The translations under genes were made by a program, and so were the position numbers. The notes under the pieces were generated by a model, which ran no database searches, was not told where the DNA came from, and saw only the letters and a list, made by a program, of their open reading frames with translations. A DNA stretch of 63,182 bases, the filler included, from Chiloscyllium plagiosum (Eukaryota), in the NCBI RefSeq assembly GCF_004010195.1. It is 3 parts of one record of this genome, joined end to end, with 100 filler letters (N's around TTAATTAATTAA, not from the genome) between each part and the next. Parts side by side here need not be neighbours in the genome. Positions count along the whole stretch, not along the records: positions 1 to 31,906 come from NC_057713.1; 2 more parts are not named here. One strand, 5' to 3'. Shown here one piece after another: positions 11,421 to 25,441 of the stretch; the first letter of the stretch is position 1, and the number at the start of each line of letters is the position of its first letter.

Positions 11421-13215
11421 GTGTGAAAGAAAATCTAACATCACAGGAAATCTATATGTTTATTGGCTGAAGAGAAGCTGCTGGTAATGATTGAGTTAAA
11501 TAACTTAAACCTAAAAAAAGGAGTTTATAAAGAAGCAGCAGCTGTTTGGATTTCAAGAGGGAAGAGTAGCAAACGAGGTAAAATGAAATCATGTCGCAGT
11601 AAAATAAAATCATAAAGAAGGAAAGTAAAATTAACTTAATTGAAGTTATTAGTAAGATTTTATAGTGGTTGTGTATTTATTCCAAGAGAAAGAAATAATT
11701 TTCAGAGTTACAGGATGGTAGTTCAGCTTGGCCAAGTGAAGTGTACATTCTACAGTATGTGTGTTCTCATGGACTTACCATGAGTCCCAGACAAACAGTG
11801 TCACCAACTGCACAAGCTTGACCTTTTTCAGGTTTTTGGAACATGAGCAGTGACTGTACTGACTTTTGTGCATCCATGAGACAGAGGAATGTAAATACCG
11901 TATGCAGGTAGAAGTGCACAGGCAGAGAGGGGGTGGGTGACTACCAGGTTGTCTAAAGAAACCAGGCAGGTAGTGCAGGAGCCTATCATTCTTGTCAATC
12001 ATATTGCTGGAAACTAGTGAAGGCATTAGCACCTCAGGAGAGTGCACCCAAAGGGAGAAGAATGGAAGGACACTAATGATAGTGGATTCCATGGCCGGGG
12101 GTCAAGCAAGCATTTCTGCAGCATGAAATGTAACTCCAGGATGGTGTGTTGCCTCCCAGCATCAAAAATGTCACAGGTCACCTGCAGGACTCTGGGAGAG
12201 GGATCAGCCAGAAGTTGTGGTCCACATTGATACCATCAAAAAAGATAGAAAGAGGGATAAAGGCCTGAAAGCAGAATTCAGGGAGATGGTAAGGGCTTCA
12301 AGAGTGGTAATCTTAGGATCACTCCCAGTTCTGTGTGCTAGTAAGTGTTAAAACAGTGAGATTAATTGATAGAATATGTTGCTGGAGAACTAAAGTAGGA
12401 GGAGAGGGTCAGATTTCTGAGGCAGTGGAACCAGATTTGGAGCAGTAGGATCTGTACAAGCTGGATGAGTTACATTTTAACACGACCAGGATCAATATCC
12501 TTGGAGGGAGATTTGCTAATGCTTTAAGGATTATGGACTTTGGAAACGTAGATGTACAAAAGGGCCATGGTGTCCTTATCAGTATGTCATGGAAGGCTAA
12601 TATGCAGGTCCAACAAGCTATAGGAAGGCTATTGAAATGCTGGCCTTTATTACAAGAGGATTTTAGTTCAGGAGTAATGAAGACTTGCTTTACAAATGAA
12701 TTTGGTCAGAACTCACCTGGTCAGTACAATGTGCAGTTTGGTCTCCTTACCTCAGGAAATATATGATTGCTCTTGAGTGAGTTGAATGGAGGTTCACCAG
12801 ACTAGTTCCTAGGATGGCAGGACTGTAATGAAGAGAGATTGGGCAAACCGGGACAAAGAATGAGACTTGGTGTGATTAAAACCTGCAAAATACTGAAAGG
12901 GATGGGCAGGGTTGATGCTAGTAAGATGTTTCCCCTGGTTGGGGAGTCTAGAACCAAGGGTCATAATTTAAAAATTAATGAAGTTGCAATTTTGGACGAA
13001 AATGAAGAGTTTTTTTTAAAAGCTTGGAAAATGGTTAACAAACCCCAAAGGGCTGTTGAAGCTCAGTAAAGGTTGATAATGTTTTGATTATCAATGGTGT
13101 AAAGTGTTATGTGGGTAATGTGGATGAAAGTTATTGAAGTGTTCGATCAGCCATGATTTTATTGAAAGGTGAAAAGGATTGACAGACTGAACGGCCTATT
13201 CCTGTTGCTGTGTTC
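11180..13215 (+). mobile_element. Degraded CR1 LINE with large internal deletion (5'UTR, ORF1 esterase, RT C-terminus, 3' tail)
   Basis: ORF1 motifs SRMVCCLP and VVVHIDT join directly to RT-end motifs (MFPLVGESRTKGHNLK). Ends in a CR1 3' stem-loop tail. Confidence 0.75.
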
Positions 13216-13929
13216 CTACTCACAGATTGGGTACTGGGTGTATATTGTGGTCGACAGCCTAGTGCCTTCTTCAGTGTTGAAGTCAAAGTGAGAGGGGCAA
13301 TGTGCCTGGAATTTTTGCAACTATGTAGTCCTCTCAGGAAAGCAAGGAGGACCAAATGGGCCTCAAGCTGGCAGATCAGCTGGAACTGCTGCCATTGGGA
13401 GCACCTTTCTGGGCACTTATGCTTGGAACAGACTCTCACCTGCCCCTCTGTGTTTGGCGCCATTGCCTCAGTGTGCTGCAGCCAGAGACAAGCATCCTAC
13501 ACTGAGCCAGGGCTCACAAGGCTTCAAGCAAAAACTGACACCTACTCAGGTCACCACAGGCAAAGGGACATAAATGTGAACAGCCTTCTGGATTCGGGTG
13601 CATTGCTTAAGTGTGTTGACAAGTACACCATTCCAGGGAACTGCAGTAATGGACAGAAGAAAATGGGACATAAGGTGTTCTACTCCTCCAAACTGTGTGA
13701 AATTTAAAGTCTCCTATTATCATTTTGCTTTTGCAACAGACTTCTTTGATGTTCCTGTTTTTATATCCCCCGCCCTCACCTCTGCCTTCAGGAGATACGT
13801 AGAGAACTCCCTATAATACCTTTTTATTTTGTTGTACCAGTTCTACTATAAAGTGTCTACTGTTCGCTCAACTTGACTGAACTCTTCTGTTAAGTTAGTT
13901 TAACGTTAATGGTAGTTCAGATTTTAGAA

Positions 13930-14360
13930 TCAAAAATCAGGGAAAATAAGTCAACAGGCACTTGGAAAAGTTTATGTTAATTAAGGCAAACCAACATGGA
14001 TTTGTAAAAAATAGATAATTCTTGACTAATGTAATTAATTTTTTGATGTAGGCAACAGAGAATATTGATGAATGGAAAGCAATGGATGTTGTCTATATTG
14101 ATTTCAAGAAACATTTGTCAAAGTACCAAACAAAAGGTGGTTTAATAAAATCAAATGGAATCAGTATTCGAAAAATAATTGACTGAATGCCAGAAAGAAG
14201 CAAGTTATGATAAATTAAAGCAAAATACTGCAGATGCTGGCAATCTGAATTAAAATAAGTGTTGGAAATACTCAGCAATTCAGGCATTATCTGTGGAGGA
14301 AAAACAATAGTTATCAATTTAAATTAATATGACATCTTCAGAACCGAAGGCAGGTAGAAA
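13930..14360. mobile_element. CR1 RT fragment (+, QHGF...LTN) followed by a PLE pLTR fragment (-, 14215-14360)
   Basis: caacatggatttgtaaaa...gattt caagaaacatttg for CR1, then aaatactgcagatgctggcaatctg for the pLTR. Confidence 0.55.
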
Positions 14361-15297
14361 TGTGACTTTTATGTCATTGAAAGGGTTGGGAAAGGATGAA
14401 AGAACAAAAGGACAAACAGAAGGAAAAACAATAAAACTGGTATCTGAGACATACTGATCCAACCAGACTCGTGTACTTTGAAATGGACGCCAGTATGACC
14501 AACATATTCACTTCCAAGTATTACTGTTTTCCTGGTGCTTTTTTTTTTCACTTTGGGATATGGGATAACGTAGAGAATTTGATGTCATGCAACAAAAGGC
14601 ATAGGAAGTGATTTTTGCATTGTAGTATATAAATGAAACATTAGTCAAGGGTAAGAGTTGATGGTAGAATAATGAACAAATCTGTACCGAAGCAAAGTCA
14701 TAAAAACAAGATTCAGACCGAAACTTGGCAAAAAAAATACTAACTGATTTTTCAGAGTGAGAGATTTTAGACAGTGAAATTCCCTAAGGTTAGTGATTGG
14801 GGCACAGTTATATATAATTGGATATTAGAACATAAAGTAAAACTACAAAACTTACTGATTGAAACACTATGAGCAACCCCAATGCTAGACGCAAGACTTT
14901 GCTAAGCAAGAGAGAGTTTACTTCAGGGGACGAAGTTTGAATGTAGGAACCATGGGAATGGCCCTGCATGCACAAGAAGCATGGTCAACGACAGGTCAGG
15001 TGACATATAAAGTTCATGGAGGTGTGATAGTCCAGAAAAAGTAGATGAACCATATGAAAGCTGAGGGAGCAAAATGTACTAAGCTCCTTGTCTATCTTTC
15101 TGACTTCTGGAACCTGTGGTTTCTCTCCCTCAGTCAAGCATTGAATCTGAGATGGACACAGCAAATGTCATCAGGAATCCCTAGAATTAGGAAGGGTCCC
15201 AGAAGACTGGAAAATCGCTAACGTGACACCCTTGTTTAAAAGGGAAGTAAGGCAAAAGACAGAAAATTATGGAAGATTACAAATTAGCCTAACCTCA

Positions 15298-18200
15298 GAG
15301 TCATAGAAATGTACAGCATGGAAACAGACCCTTTGGTCCAACCCGTCCATGCCGACCAGATATCCCAACTCAATCAAATCCTATCTGCCAGCACCCAGCC
15401 AATAACCCTCCAAACCCTTTCTATTCATATACCAATCCAAATGTCTCTTAAATGTTGCAATTGTACCAGCCTCCACCACTTCCTCTGGCAGCTTATTCCA
15501 TACACGTACCACCCTCTGTGTGAAAAAGGTGCCCCTTAGGTCTCTTTTTTATCTTTCCTCTCTCACCCTAAACCTATGCCCTCTAGTGCTGGACCTCCCG
15601 ACCCCAGGGAAAAGACTTTGCCTATTTACCCTATCCATGCCCCTCATAATTTTGTAAACCTCTATAAGGTCACCCCTCAGCCTCCAATGCTCCAGGGAAA
15701 ACAGCCCCAGCCTGTTCAGCCTCTCCCTATAGGNNNNNNNNNNNNNNNNNNNNNNNNNNNNNNNNNNNNNNNNNNNNNNNNNNNNNNNNNNNNNNNNNNN
15801 NNNNNNNNNNNNNNNNNNNNNNNNNNNNNNNNNNNNNNNNNNNNNNNNNNNNNNNNNNNNNNNNNNNNNNNNNNNNNNNNNNNNNNNNNNNNNNNNNNNN
15901 NNNNNNNNNNNNNNNNNNNNNNNNNNNNNNNNNNNNNNNNNNNNNNNNNNNNNNNNNNNNNNNNNNNNNNNNNNNNNNNNNNNNNNNNNNNNNNNNNNNN
16001 NNNNNNNNNNNNNNNNNNNNNNNNNNNNNNNNNNNNNNNNNNNCTTTGAGCCAGTTCTGTATCCAAATGGCTAGTTCTCCCTATATTCCGTGAGATCTAA
16101 CCTTGCTAATCAGTCTACCATGGGGAACCTTGTCAAACACCTTGCTGAAGTCCATATAGATCACATCTACCACGCTACCCTCATCAATCTTCTTTGTTAC
16201 TTCCTCAAAAAACTCAATCAAGTTTGTGAGACATGATTTCCCACGCACATATCCATGTTGACTATCCCTAATCAGTCATTGCCTTTCCAAATACATGTGC
16301 ATTCTGTCCCTCAGGATTCCCTCCAACAACTTGCCCACCACCGAGGTCAGGCTCACTGGTCTATAGTTCCCTGGCTTGTCCTTACCACCCTTCTTAAACA
16401 GTGGCACCACGTTAGCCAACCTCCAGTCTTCCGGCACCACACCTGTGACTATAGGTAATACAAATATCTCAGCAAGAGGCCCAGCAATCACTTCTCTAGC
16501 TTCCTACAGAGTTCTTGGGTACACCTGATCAGGTCCTGGGGGTTTATCCACATTTACCCGTTTCAACACATCCAGCACTTCCTCCTCTGTAATCTGGACA
16601 TTTTGCAAGATGTCACCATCTATTTCCCTACAGTCTATATCTTCCATATCCTTTTCCACAGTAAATACTGATACAAAATACTCATTTAGTATCTCCCCCA
16701 TTTTCTGCGGCTCCACACAAAGGCCGCCTTGCTGATCTTTGAGGGGGTAAAAACAATGACTGCAGATGCTCGAAACCAGATTCTGGATTCGTGGTGTTGG
16801 AAGAGCACAGCAGTTCAGGCAGCATCCAAGGAGCTTCAAAATCGACGTTTCGGGCAAAAGCCCGATCTTTGAGGGACCCTATTCTCTTCCTAGTTACTTT
16901 TTTGTCCTTAACGTATTTGTAAAAACCCTTTGGATTTTCCTTAATTCTATTTGCCAAAGCTATCTCATGTCCCCTCTTTGCCCTCCTGATTTCCCTCTTA
17001 AGTATACTCCTACTTCCTTTACACTCTTCTAAGGATTCACTCGATCTCTCCTGACTATACCTGACATATGCTTCCTTCTTTTTCTTAACCAAACTCTCAA
17101 TTTCTTTAGTCATCCAGCATTCCCTAAACCTACTAGCCTTTCCTTTCACCCTAACAGGAATATATTCTCTCTGGATTCTCGTTATCCCATTTCTGAAGTT
17201 TCCCATTTTCCAGCCGTCCTCTTACCTGCGAATATCTGCCCCCAATCAGCTTTCGAAAGTTCTTGCCTAATACCGTCAAAATTGGCCTTTCTCCAATTTA
17301 GAACTTCAACTTTTAGATTTGGTCTATCCTTTTCCATCATTATTTTAAATCTAATAGAACTATCATCGCTGGCCCCAAAGTGCTCCCTCACTGACACCTC
17401 AGTCACCTGCCCTGCCTTATTTCCCAAGAGTAGGTCAAGTTTTGCACCTTCTCTACTAGGTACATCCAGATTCTGAATCAGAAAATTGTCTTGCACACAC
17501 TTAACAAATTCCTCTTCATCTAAACCCTTAACACTATGGCAGTCCCAGTCAATGTTTGGAAAGTTAAAATCCCCTACCATAACCACCCTATTATTCTTAC
17601 AGATAGCTGAGACCTCCATACAAGTTTGTTTCTCAATTTCCCTCTGACTATTAGAGGGTCTATAATACAATCCCAATAAAGTGATCATCCCTTTCATATT
17701 TCTCAGTTCCATCCAAATAACTTCCCTGGATGTATTTCCAGAAATATCCTTCCTTCGCACAGCTATAATGCTGTCCCTTATCAAAAATGCCACACCGCCT
17801 CCTCTTTTGCCTCCCTTTCTATCCCTCCTGTAGCATTTGTATCCTGGAACATTAAGCTGCCAGTCCTGCCCATCCNNNNNNNNNNNNNNNNNNNNNNNNN
17901 NNNNNNNNNNNNNNNNNNNNNNNNNNNNNNNNNNNNNNNNNNNNNNNNNNNNNNNNNNNNNNNNNNNNNNNNNNNNNNNNNNNNNNNNNNNNNNNNNNNN
18001 NNNNNNNNNNNNNNNNNNNNNNNNNNNNNNNNNNNNNNNNNNNNNNNNNNNNNNNNNNNNNNNNNNNNNNNNNNNNNNNNNNNNNNNNNNNNNNNNNNNN
18101 NNNNNNNNNNNNNNNNNNNNNNNNNNNNNNNNNNNNNNNNNNNNNNNNNNNNNNNNNNNNNNNNNNNNNNNNNNNNNNNNNNNNNNNNNNNNNNNNNNNN

Positions 18201-19970
18201 NNNNNNNNNNNNNNNNNNNNNNNNNNNNNNNNNNNNNNNNNNNNNNNNNNNNNNNNNNNNNNNNNNNNNNNNNNNNNNNNNNNNNNNNNNNNNNNNNNNN
18301 NNNNNNNNNNNNNNNNNNNNNNNNNNNNNNNNNNNNNNNNNNNNNNNNNNNNNNNNNNNNNNNNNNNNNNNNNNNNNNNNNNNNNNNNNNNNNNNNNNNN
18401 NNNNNNNNNNNNNNNNNNNNNNNNNNNNNNNNNNNNNNNNNNNNNNNNNNNNNNNNNNNNNNNNNNNNNNNNTCCCTGGGTCCCTTACGAGTTTAAATCC
18501 TCCCAAGCAGCTCTAGCAAATTTCCCTGCCAGTATATTAGTCCCCTTCCATTTTAGGTGCAATCTGTCCTTCTTGTACAGGTTACAACTACCCAAAAGAG
18601 ATTCCAATGATCCAAAGATGTGAATTCTTCCTCCATACATCAGCTCCTCAGCCATGCATTCATCTGCTCTATCCTCCTATTTCTGCCATCACTAGCTCAT
18701 AGCACTGGGAGTAATCCAGATATTACTACTCTCGAGGACCTCCTTTTTAAATTTCTGCCCAGCTCTCTGTACTCTCCCTTCCTATGTTGTTGGTTCCAAT
18801 GTTAACAATGACCTTTTGCTGACCCCTCTCCCCCATGAGAACATTCTGCCCCCTCTCGGAGACATCCTTGATCCTGGCACCAGGGAAGCAACAAAACATT
18901 CTGCTTTTTCGTTGCTAGCCACGGATATGTCTGTCTGTACCTCAGACTAGAGAGTCCCCTAACACAATTGATCTCTTGGAACCCGACGTACCCCTCATTA
19001 CATTAGATCCTGTCTCAATACCAGAAACTTTGTTGTTCGTGCTACGTTCCCCTGAGAATCCATCACCCCCTACATTTTCCAAAACAGCATACCTGTTTGA
19101 AATGGGTATATCCACAAAAGACTCCTGCACCAGCTGCCTACCTCTCTTACCCTTCCTGGAGTTAACCCATCTATGTGACTGTATCTGAGACTTTCCCCCC
19201 TTCCTATAACTGCCAACAATCACATACTGTTGCTGTTGCAAATTCCTCATTGCTTCTAAGTGTCTCTCCAACCAATCCATTCAATCTGATAAGATTCGCA
19301 GCCAATCCGCAGTGACCCTTAAACTCTCTTTAAACTCCCACATCAGACAAGAAGTACATATCACTCTATTAAAGGCCATTTTTGCTCCTTCACAATCTAC
19401 AGAACCAGAAAATATCACCGTCTTATTCCTCTACAGTCACTGCCCCAGGTTAAATTAATAGTTATGTCTTATATTTTAAGTTTAATCAAGAGACATATCT
19501 CCAAAAACATATAATCAAGAAAGAACCCACTCTACTCCCTACTGCAGATTCTCAGTCAGCCACTCTTAAAACAATGATTAACTTATCTGATTCTGTGCTG
19601 TGAACTTCGCCCAACAGTTCTCCAAGATCAGTTGTGAATTTCACTGTTTGTTAATTTTCCCAGATGCACTCCGATATCCAGCGATACATGAATTAAAAAA
19701 CAGCAAAGGCAGTAACTGTGTAGGTTCTCTTTCTCTCTCTCTTGCAATGACCACACCATGTACTTCCTTTGTCTGTTCTTCTCCCTTTTAAAACTGCTGT
19801 TGTTTTGACTCTTTTTTTCCAAAGTTCCAAAACAATGCAACAGCATATAAAACAGTAATTGCTGCTCCTGGAATTCAAGGAAATCACCTCCAGCACCGAA
19901 AATACCTCAAAAAAGGAGCAGCTGTTACAGCCAGAATTTTTTCCCGTCCTCCATCTTGGATTACCCAGAA
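15298..19970 (-). mobile_element. Near full-length CR1/HER1-like LINE (ORF1 esterase, ORF2 APE-RT), disrupted, with two N-gaps
   Basis: ORF pieces 18942-19280 (IVLGDSLV), 17182-17793 (GDFNFPNIDW), 16276-16491 (PGNYRPVSLTSVVGKLLE). Ends in the 3' tail atgactct. Confidence 0.9.
16746..16863 (-). mobile_element. 118 bp PLE pLTR-derived insert inside CR1 ORF2 with 12 bp TSD
   Basis: TSD gatctttgaggg at 16734-16745 and 16864-16875. The insert is homologous to the 9085 and 25222 elements. Confidence 0.85.
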
Positions 19971-21340
19971 TTCAGTCGTGGTTAAAATCCTAGAATCCAT
20001 TGTGAAGGAAGAGATTTCTGAATACTTGGAAGTGTATGGTAAAATAGGGTAAAGTTAGCATGATTTCATCAAGGGGAGGTCATGCCTGATAAATCTGCCA
20101 GAATTCTTTGAAGAAGTAATGAGCAGGTTGGACTAAGGAGAGCCAATGAATGTTATCTATCTGGCCGTCAAGAAGGCCTTTGACAAGGTGCTGCACAGGA
20201 GGCTGCTGAGTAAGAAAAGGGCCCATGGTGTCAGAGGCAAGGTGCTAGCATGGATAGAAGCCTGGCTGTCTGGCAGAAAGCAGAGATTAAGGATAAAAGA
20301 GTCCTTCTCAGGATCGTAGCCAGTGACAATGGTGTTCCACAAGGTTCAGTGTTGGGACCACAACCTTTCACTTTATAAATTATTGATCTAGATGAAGGAA
20401 CTGAGAGCATTCTGACTAAATTTGCAGATGATACAAAAATAGGGAGAGGAACAGGTAGCATTGAGGAGGCTGTTGAAGAATTTGGACAGGTTAGGAGAAT
20501 GGGAAAAGAAGTGGAAGATGGAGTATAACGTGGGCAAGTATGAGGTCATGCACTGGGGTAGGAAGAATAGAGGTGTGGACTATTTTCTAACTGGGGAGAA
20601 AATTCAGAATTTTAAGTGCAAAGAGACTTGGGAGTTCTAGTCCAGGATTCTCTCAAGGTAAACTTTCAGGTTGAGTCAGTAGTTGGGAAGTCAAATGCAA
20701 CGATGGCATTTATTTTGAGAGGACTTGAATATAAAAGCATGGATGTACTTCTGAGGCTCTCAAAATTTATTTCTGGTCAGACCACATTTGGAGTATTGTG
20801 TGCAGTTTTGGGCACCAAATCTCAGATACGATGCACTGGCCGTGGAGTCTGATCAGAGGAGGTTAACGAGAATGGTCCCAGGAATGAAAAGCTTAACATA
20901 TGAGGAATGTTTGAGGACTCTGAGTTTATGCTCAATGAAGTTTAGAAGGTTGAGGAGGGATCTAATTGAAACATACAGAATACTGAGTTGCCTGGACAGA
21001 GTAGATGTTGGGAAGATGTTTCCATTGGTAGGCGAGACAAGGACCCGAGGGCACACCTTTAGAGTAAAGGGAAGACCTTTTAGAATGGAGTTAAGGACAA
21101 ACTTCTTCAGCCAGAGACTGGTGAATCTATGGAATTCATTACCACAGAAGGCTGTGGAGGCCAGGTTATTGAGTATATTTAAGACTGAGATAGATAGGTT
21201 CTTGAGTATCAAGGGGATCAACAGTTACAAGGAGAAAGCGGAGAATGGGGTTGAGAAATTTATCAACCATGATTGAATGGTGGAGAAGACTCAATGGGCT
21301 GAATGGCCTAATTTCTTCTCCATTGTCTTGTGGTCTTATG

Positions 21341-21576
21341 TCACCACCTTGAGGAAGAGAATGAATTTCGTCTGAGACACTCCATGCACAAGAGGTGATC
21401 TACTGTGCATTACACGCTGCCCATATCAGAAGCAGAGTTGGAGGAACCTGATCTGGTGCTAAAATCCCATTCTTGTCACCACAGAAATAATTCCACATTG
21501 GACTAAATGAACAGCCCCAATCGGGGGAATCATATTTTATGAGGTCCACCTGACTGACCTCGTTAGAATCACTGCA
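21341..21576. mobile_element. Gypsy remnants: internal-like fragment (+) and internally deleted LTR (-, ~21480-21576)
   Basis: Minus strand tgcagtgattctaacgaggtcagtcaggtggacctcat...gattggggctgttcatttagtccaat is homologous to 1822-1930. Confidence 0.55.
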
Positions 21577-21599
21577 CTGATGTTACCAAACAAACACTA

Positions 21600-22660
21600 A
21601 TCAATTGCAACAGGACATAGATAGACTGACAAAACGAATAGATTAGTGGTGGATGTTATTTTATGTAAAAAAGTGGATAAACACAGGGATAGGAAAAGGC
21701 AATATTCATATAAGAGAACTAATTATATACAGTGTGTAGGCACGGAAGAACCTGGGAGTGTAGTTGCATAGATGTTTCAATGTGGCAGGACAAATTGAGA
21801 GAGTAGAGTAAAAAATCACTTGTGGAGTTTTTAACTTGATAAATAGAAGCACTGAGTATGAAATCAAAGAAGTCATGTTGAACTTTTATAAAAGTTTGGT
21901 TTAATCACAACATAATATTGCATCTAGTTCTGCTGACTACATTATATGAAGATGTGAACATCTTTAAGAGGGTGTATGTGAATATTTTTAATGTTGTTTT
22001 GTTAATATTATCTTATATCTTATTTCAATACCCTTGTCTGTTTGAAATACCACAAAACCTGAAATATTCATGTTCCAGTCACATCCAGCTTGTAGCCAGG
22101 TCTCAATTCCAGGACAGCAATGTTGCAGAAAAGACAGAGACCATTAAGTCCATTATGTCTAAGCTGGTTCTCCATATGACCAATTGACCGAATGCTACTC
22201 TGCCATCTTCTCCCTGTAACTCTCACACAATTCCTTTTCAAATAACAATCCAATTGTATATTGAATGCCTTGCGCTGTCACCACTCTCACAGGCAGTGCA
22301 TTCCAATTTCTAATGCCATCATAATTTATGATAACTTCCTTGCTTTGCTCCCTCATGTCCCTATTGATAAACCCAGGATGCTGAATGTGTTATTAACTAT
22401 GTTCTTAACCTGTACACTATCTTCAGAAATGTATGCATGTATCCAGGTCCCTCTGCTCTTGTAACTCCTTTAGAATTGCACACTTTGTTTTATAATGTCA
22501 CTTTATATACTTCTTACTAAAATGAATCACTTTACATTTCTTGACATTAAATTTCATCTGTCAATTATGTAATCCATTCCAACAACTTCCCTATACCCAT
22601 TTTAAGTTCCTCAATATCCTCACTGGATGCTTCCTCAATGCTTTCAATGCTTCATATCAC
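21600..22660. mobile_element. Old CR1 fragments (+ ~21600-21975; - ~22130-22660)
   Basis: Decayed RT C-terminal and 3' tail sequence shared with other CR1 copies here. Confidence 0.5.
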
Positions 22661-23429
22661 CTGCAGGCCTTGTGCATGAAGAGCTAATTCATGAATATAT
22701 TCTCAGGAAGAGCAATGATTTGTAACACCAACGCTTTCAAGACAAACCTCTCTTTTGTCTGAAAAATATGTTGAGAACTACATCATCTCCATTTAACTGT
22801 GGATTTATTTCATTCCTCATACTATGTGCTTTAGTGAGTGGTACTCTTAACTGGGCAGCAAACCCTAACCTGCCCGTTTGTCCTGATGCTATTTTTTCAC
22901 ACTTTTGAATGATTACACCATTTAATAATCATTACTCCACTTCATTTTCATGTTACTTTGTTTTTATTTCTTATAACTTTTTTTCTAAATGAGAAAGATA
23001 TTTTTGTATTTGCCTCATTTGTTAAATGGTGCCAGCATTTTATTATTTTCACTTCAGATTTCTCATAGCACTTTTGCTTTTATGTTAATGTTGCTTCCAA
23101 TACTGTTCATAATCCAGACTTTGTGCTCATCCTTTCTTTAAATATTTGTACATCTGTAACCCTCAGTGTTGCTTCTCCACATCTTCTTTATGCTCTTTTT
23201 CCCATTTCCCAACTCCAACATGTCATATTTATCTACATTAAATTTTATCTGACAAGTCTATCTAATCCGTTAACCTCACTCTGTCCTCTTCAGTTACCAC
23301 ATCCATGTCCTCTGCATGCTTTAATTTTTTACATCAAAGTTTATTTCATGTGTTGAGAAGAGTACTTAACATTGAAGGTACCAATGCTTAAATCCCTCTA
23401 GTGAGAAAGTAAAATTCAAATCAAGTGTA

Positions 23430-23770
23430 TGATTCATGTGATGTGGACATTGCTGGCAAGGCAATCACTTATTGCTCATACGTTGATCGGCTTGCAGTTG
23501 AATTAGTTAAGAGTTAACCACATTGCTTTGGTTTGAGTCACTTACATAAGAATAGTAGAAGTCCCTCTTAGTGAACGAGGTGAGTTTTTGCAATAACTGA
23601 TGACAGATGTTATAGTCGTCATTACAGGCACTAGTGTTTTTTCCCAAATTTATTAACACAATTTCTATTCTACCAAATGTCACAGTGGGCTTTGAACCCA
23701 TACTTCCACAGCATTAACTTAGGCTTCTGAATTACTAGTCCAATGTCATTACCACTACACCACCATCACT
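23430..23770 (-). mobile_element. Old tRNA-derived SINE with L2-like 3' tail
   Basis: Minus head ggtggtgtagtggtaatgacattggactagtaa...gggttcaaagccc. A related partial copy lies at ~33300-33530. Confidence 0.6.
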
Positions 23771-25221
23771 CCCATAAATACATACAATGACAAATATAGG
23801 AGAAATTAATAGATATCTAGATCATGATTGAGGTACTGAGGTTTTATACAGAAATACTTCATCAAATCATAGATGGGTGAAAAAGGAGATATGTTTAGGT
23901 AAATAACGTAAAAATTCCTTACATTCGCCACTGAAAAACCATGAGGATTAAGATTAAAGATAAAACAGCTATCCACAAGCAATCCTTCAAACATAAAAGA
24001 AGACAAAATCTCAATGTTGGAAAAGTCTGTATTCATATCTGATTGTGTGAATTTGCCTGTAATTGCCATCATCTATACAGGTAGAAATTGAATGAGCTTT
24101 AAATATTCCTGTAAAGAAATACGTTGTGTAATATATTAATGAAAAGATTGGGTGAAAAGATGGTGACCTGATTCTGAGATGACTTACCTTTATCTTCAAT
24201 TCCCAACAGCACTGAATGAAACCAGAGTATTTAGATTTGGAGAAATGAGTAATAAATTCCCTTGAGATTCATCCCGCCTGAAGTGGAGCAATAATGGTAG
24301 CCATTGTGAAACCTCCCTTCCAAAGAATCACTTGCCCGCCTCACCTACCTATTTAAGTGCAGTTTACAGCAAACTAAACACAAAGAATAATAAACAATTG
24401 TTGGACTTGATTTATGGATACAGTATGGAGAGAGAAAACTTGTTATTTTGTCAATTATGAATATTCACAGACTTTTCAAATTTACTTTTGAAATTTCTAT
24501 ACCTGTAAATACTTCATTATATTGATTTCCCTTTCCATGTATTCTTGTTAACAACATGTCCAGTGCACGATGATGTCATTAAACATTATGATATGGCTAT
24601 TTTGGTGTCTGTTTCTCTTTACAAGTTCCTCCCAATATATAACAGAGTCTGGTGATGCAGGAGTTAATAAATTATAAAATTATAAAATTATTCGCATCAA
24701 ATGCCAATAGAGACAATGATGGACAAAATAAGCTTGTTCTTAATTGGTAGCTACTAGGATATCAAAGATTTTGCCTGGATTACATAAGGCCTCTGAGTTT
24801 TAATCTGTCTCCACAATAAACAAAACGTCCTGTAGCGCTAGTCACCATCTAATGCAATTGCTGATTACGTTGGCTTCACAAAATACAACAAATTTGACCC
24901 CAATGCCTCTAGCTGTCCATGATCTACCCAACTTGATCCAGTAAGGCTGTATCAAAACTTTGGGTTCTTTGGTACCCCTTGATCATGGAATCTTGCAATG
25001 ACATTCTGTCTGAATTTCAATTTTTTCAAGCAAAGAATGAAGATTCACTTTAAAGACCAACAGATCATAAATAAAGAAAATTAGGCTGTCAAACCTTTTA
25101 ACGTCCTGGCCTGAAAAATTGTAAATAATTAAATTCTCCAATATTTCAAATAATGATTCCAAAGACCCAAGTAATATTTTCCAAGATCCATCACCTTCAG
25201 GACAGGGTCAATTTTAGGATT

Positions 25222-25441
25222 GGGCAAAAATGGGGACTGCAGATGCTGGAAACCAGAGTTTAGATCAGAGTGGTGCTGGAAAAGCACAGCAGGTCAGGCA
25301 GCATCCGAGGAGCAGGAGAATTGATGTTTCGGGCAAAAGCCCTTCATCAGGAATTCCTGATGAAGGGCTTTTGCCCGAAAAGTCAATTTTCCTGATCCTC
25401 AGATGCTGCCTGACCTGTGCTTTTCCAGCACCACTCTGATC
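25222..25441. mobile_element. Palindromic PLE-derived element with two head-to-head hammerhead motifs and 14 bp TSD
   Basis: ~90 bp inverted arms (25262-25442) centred on gaattc at 25351-25356. TSD tcaattttaggatt / tcaatttcaggatt at 25208-25221 and 25442-25455. Confidence 0.85.

Larger units (their letters stand above)
15170..21340 (+). mobile_element. CR1 LINE RT/3' end, split into 15170-15297 and 19971-21340 by a nested CR1
   Basis: PEDWKIANVTPLFK...ISLTS continues as VVVKILESIVKE after the insert. Contains FADDTK, ORF 20788-21276 and the tail tcttgtggtcttatg. Confidence 0.85.

Noticed and set aside
13210..13707. 165 aa ORF as a host gene
   Set aside because: No recognisable domain or splice structure. 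It likely derives from a decayed DNA-transposon fragment.
15576..18506. Long ORFs of 116-241 aa in the ORF track
   Set aside because: Those spanning N-gaps are artefacts. The rest are CR1 fragments or their antisense frames.
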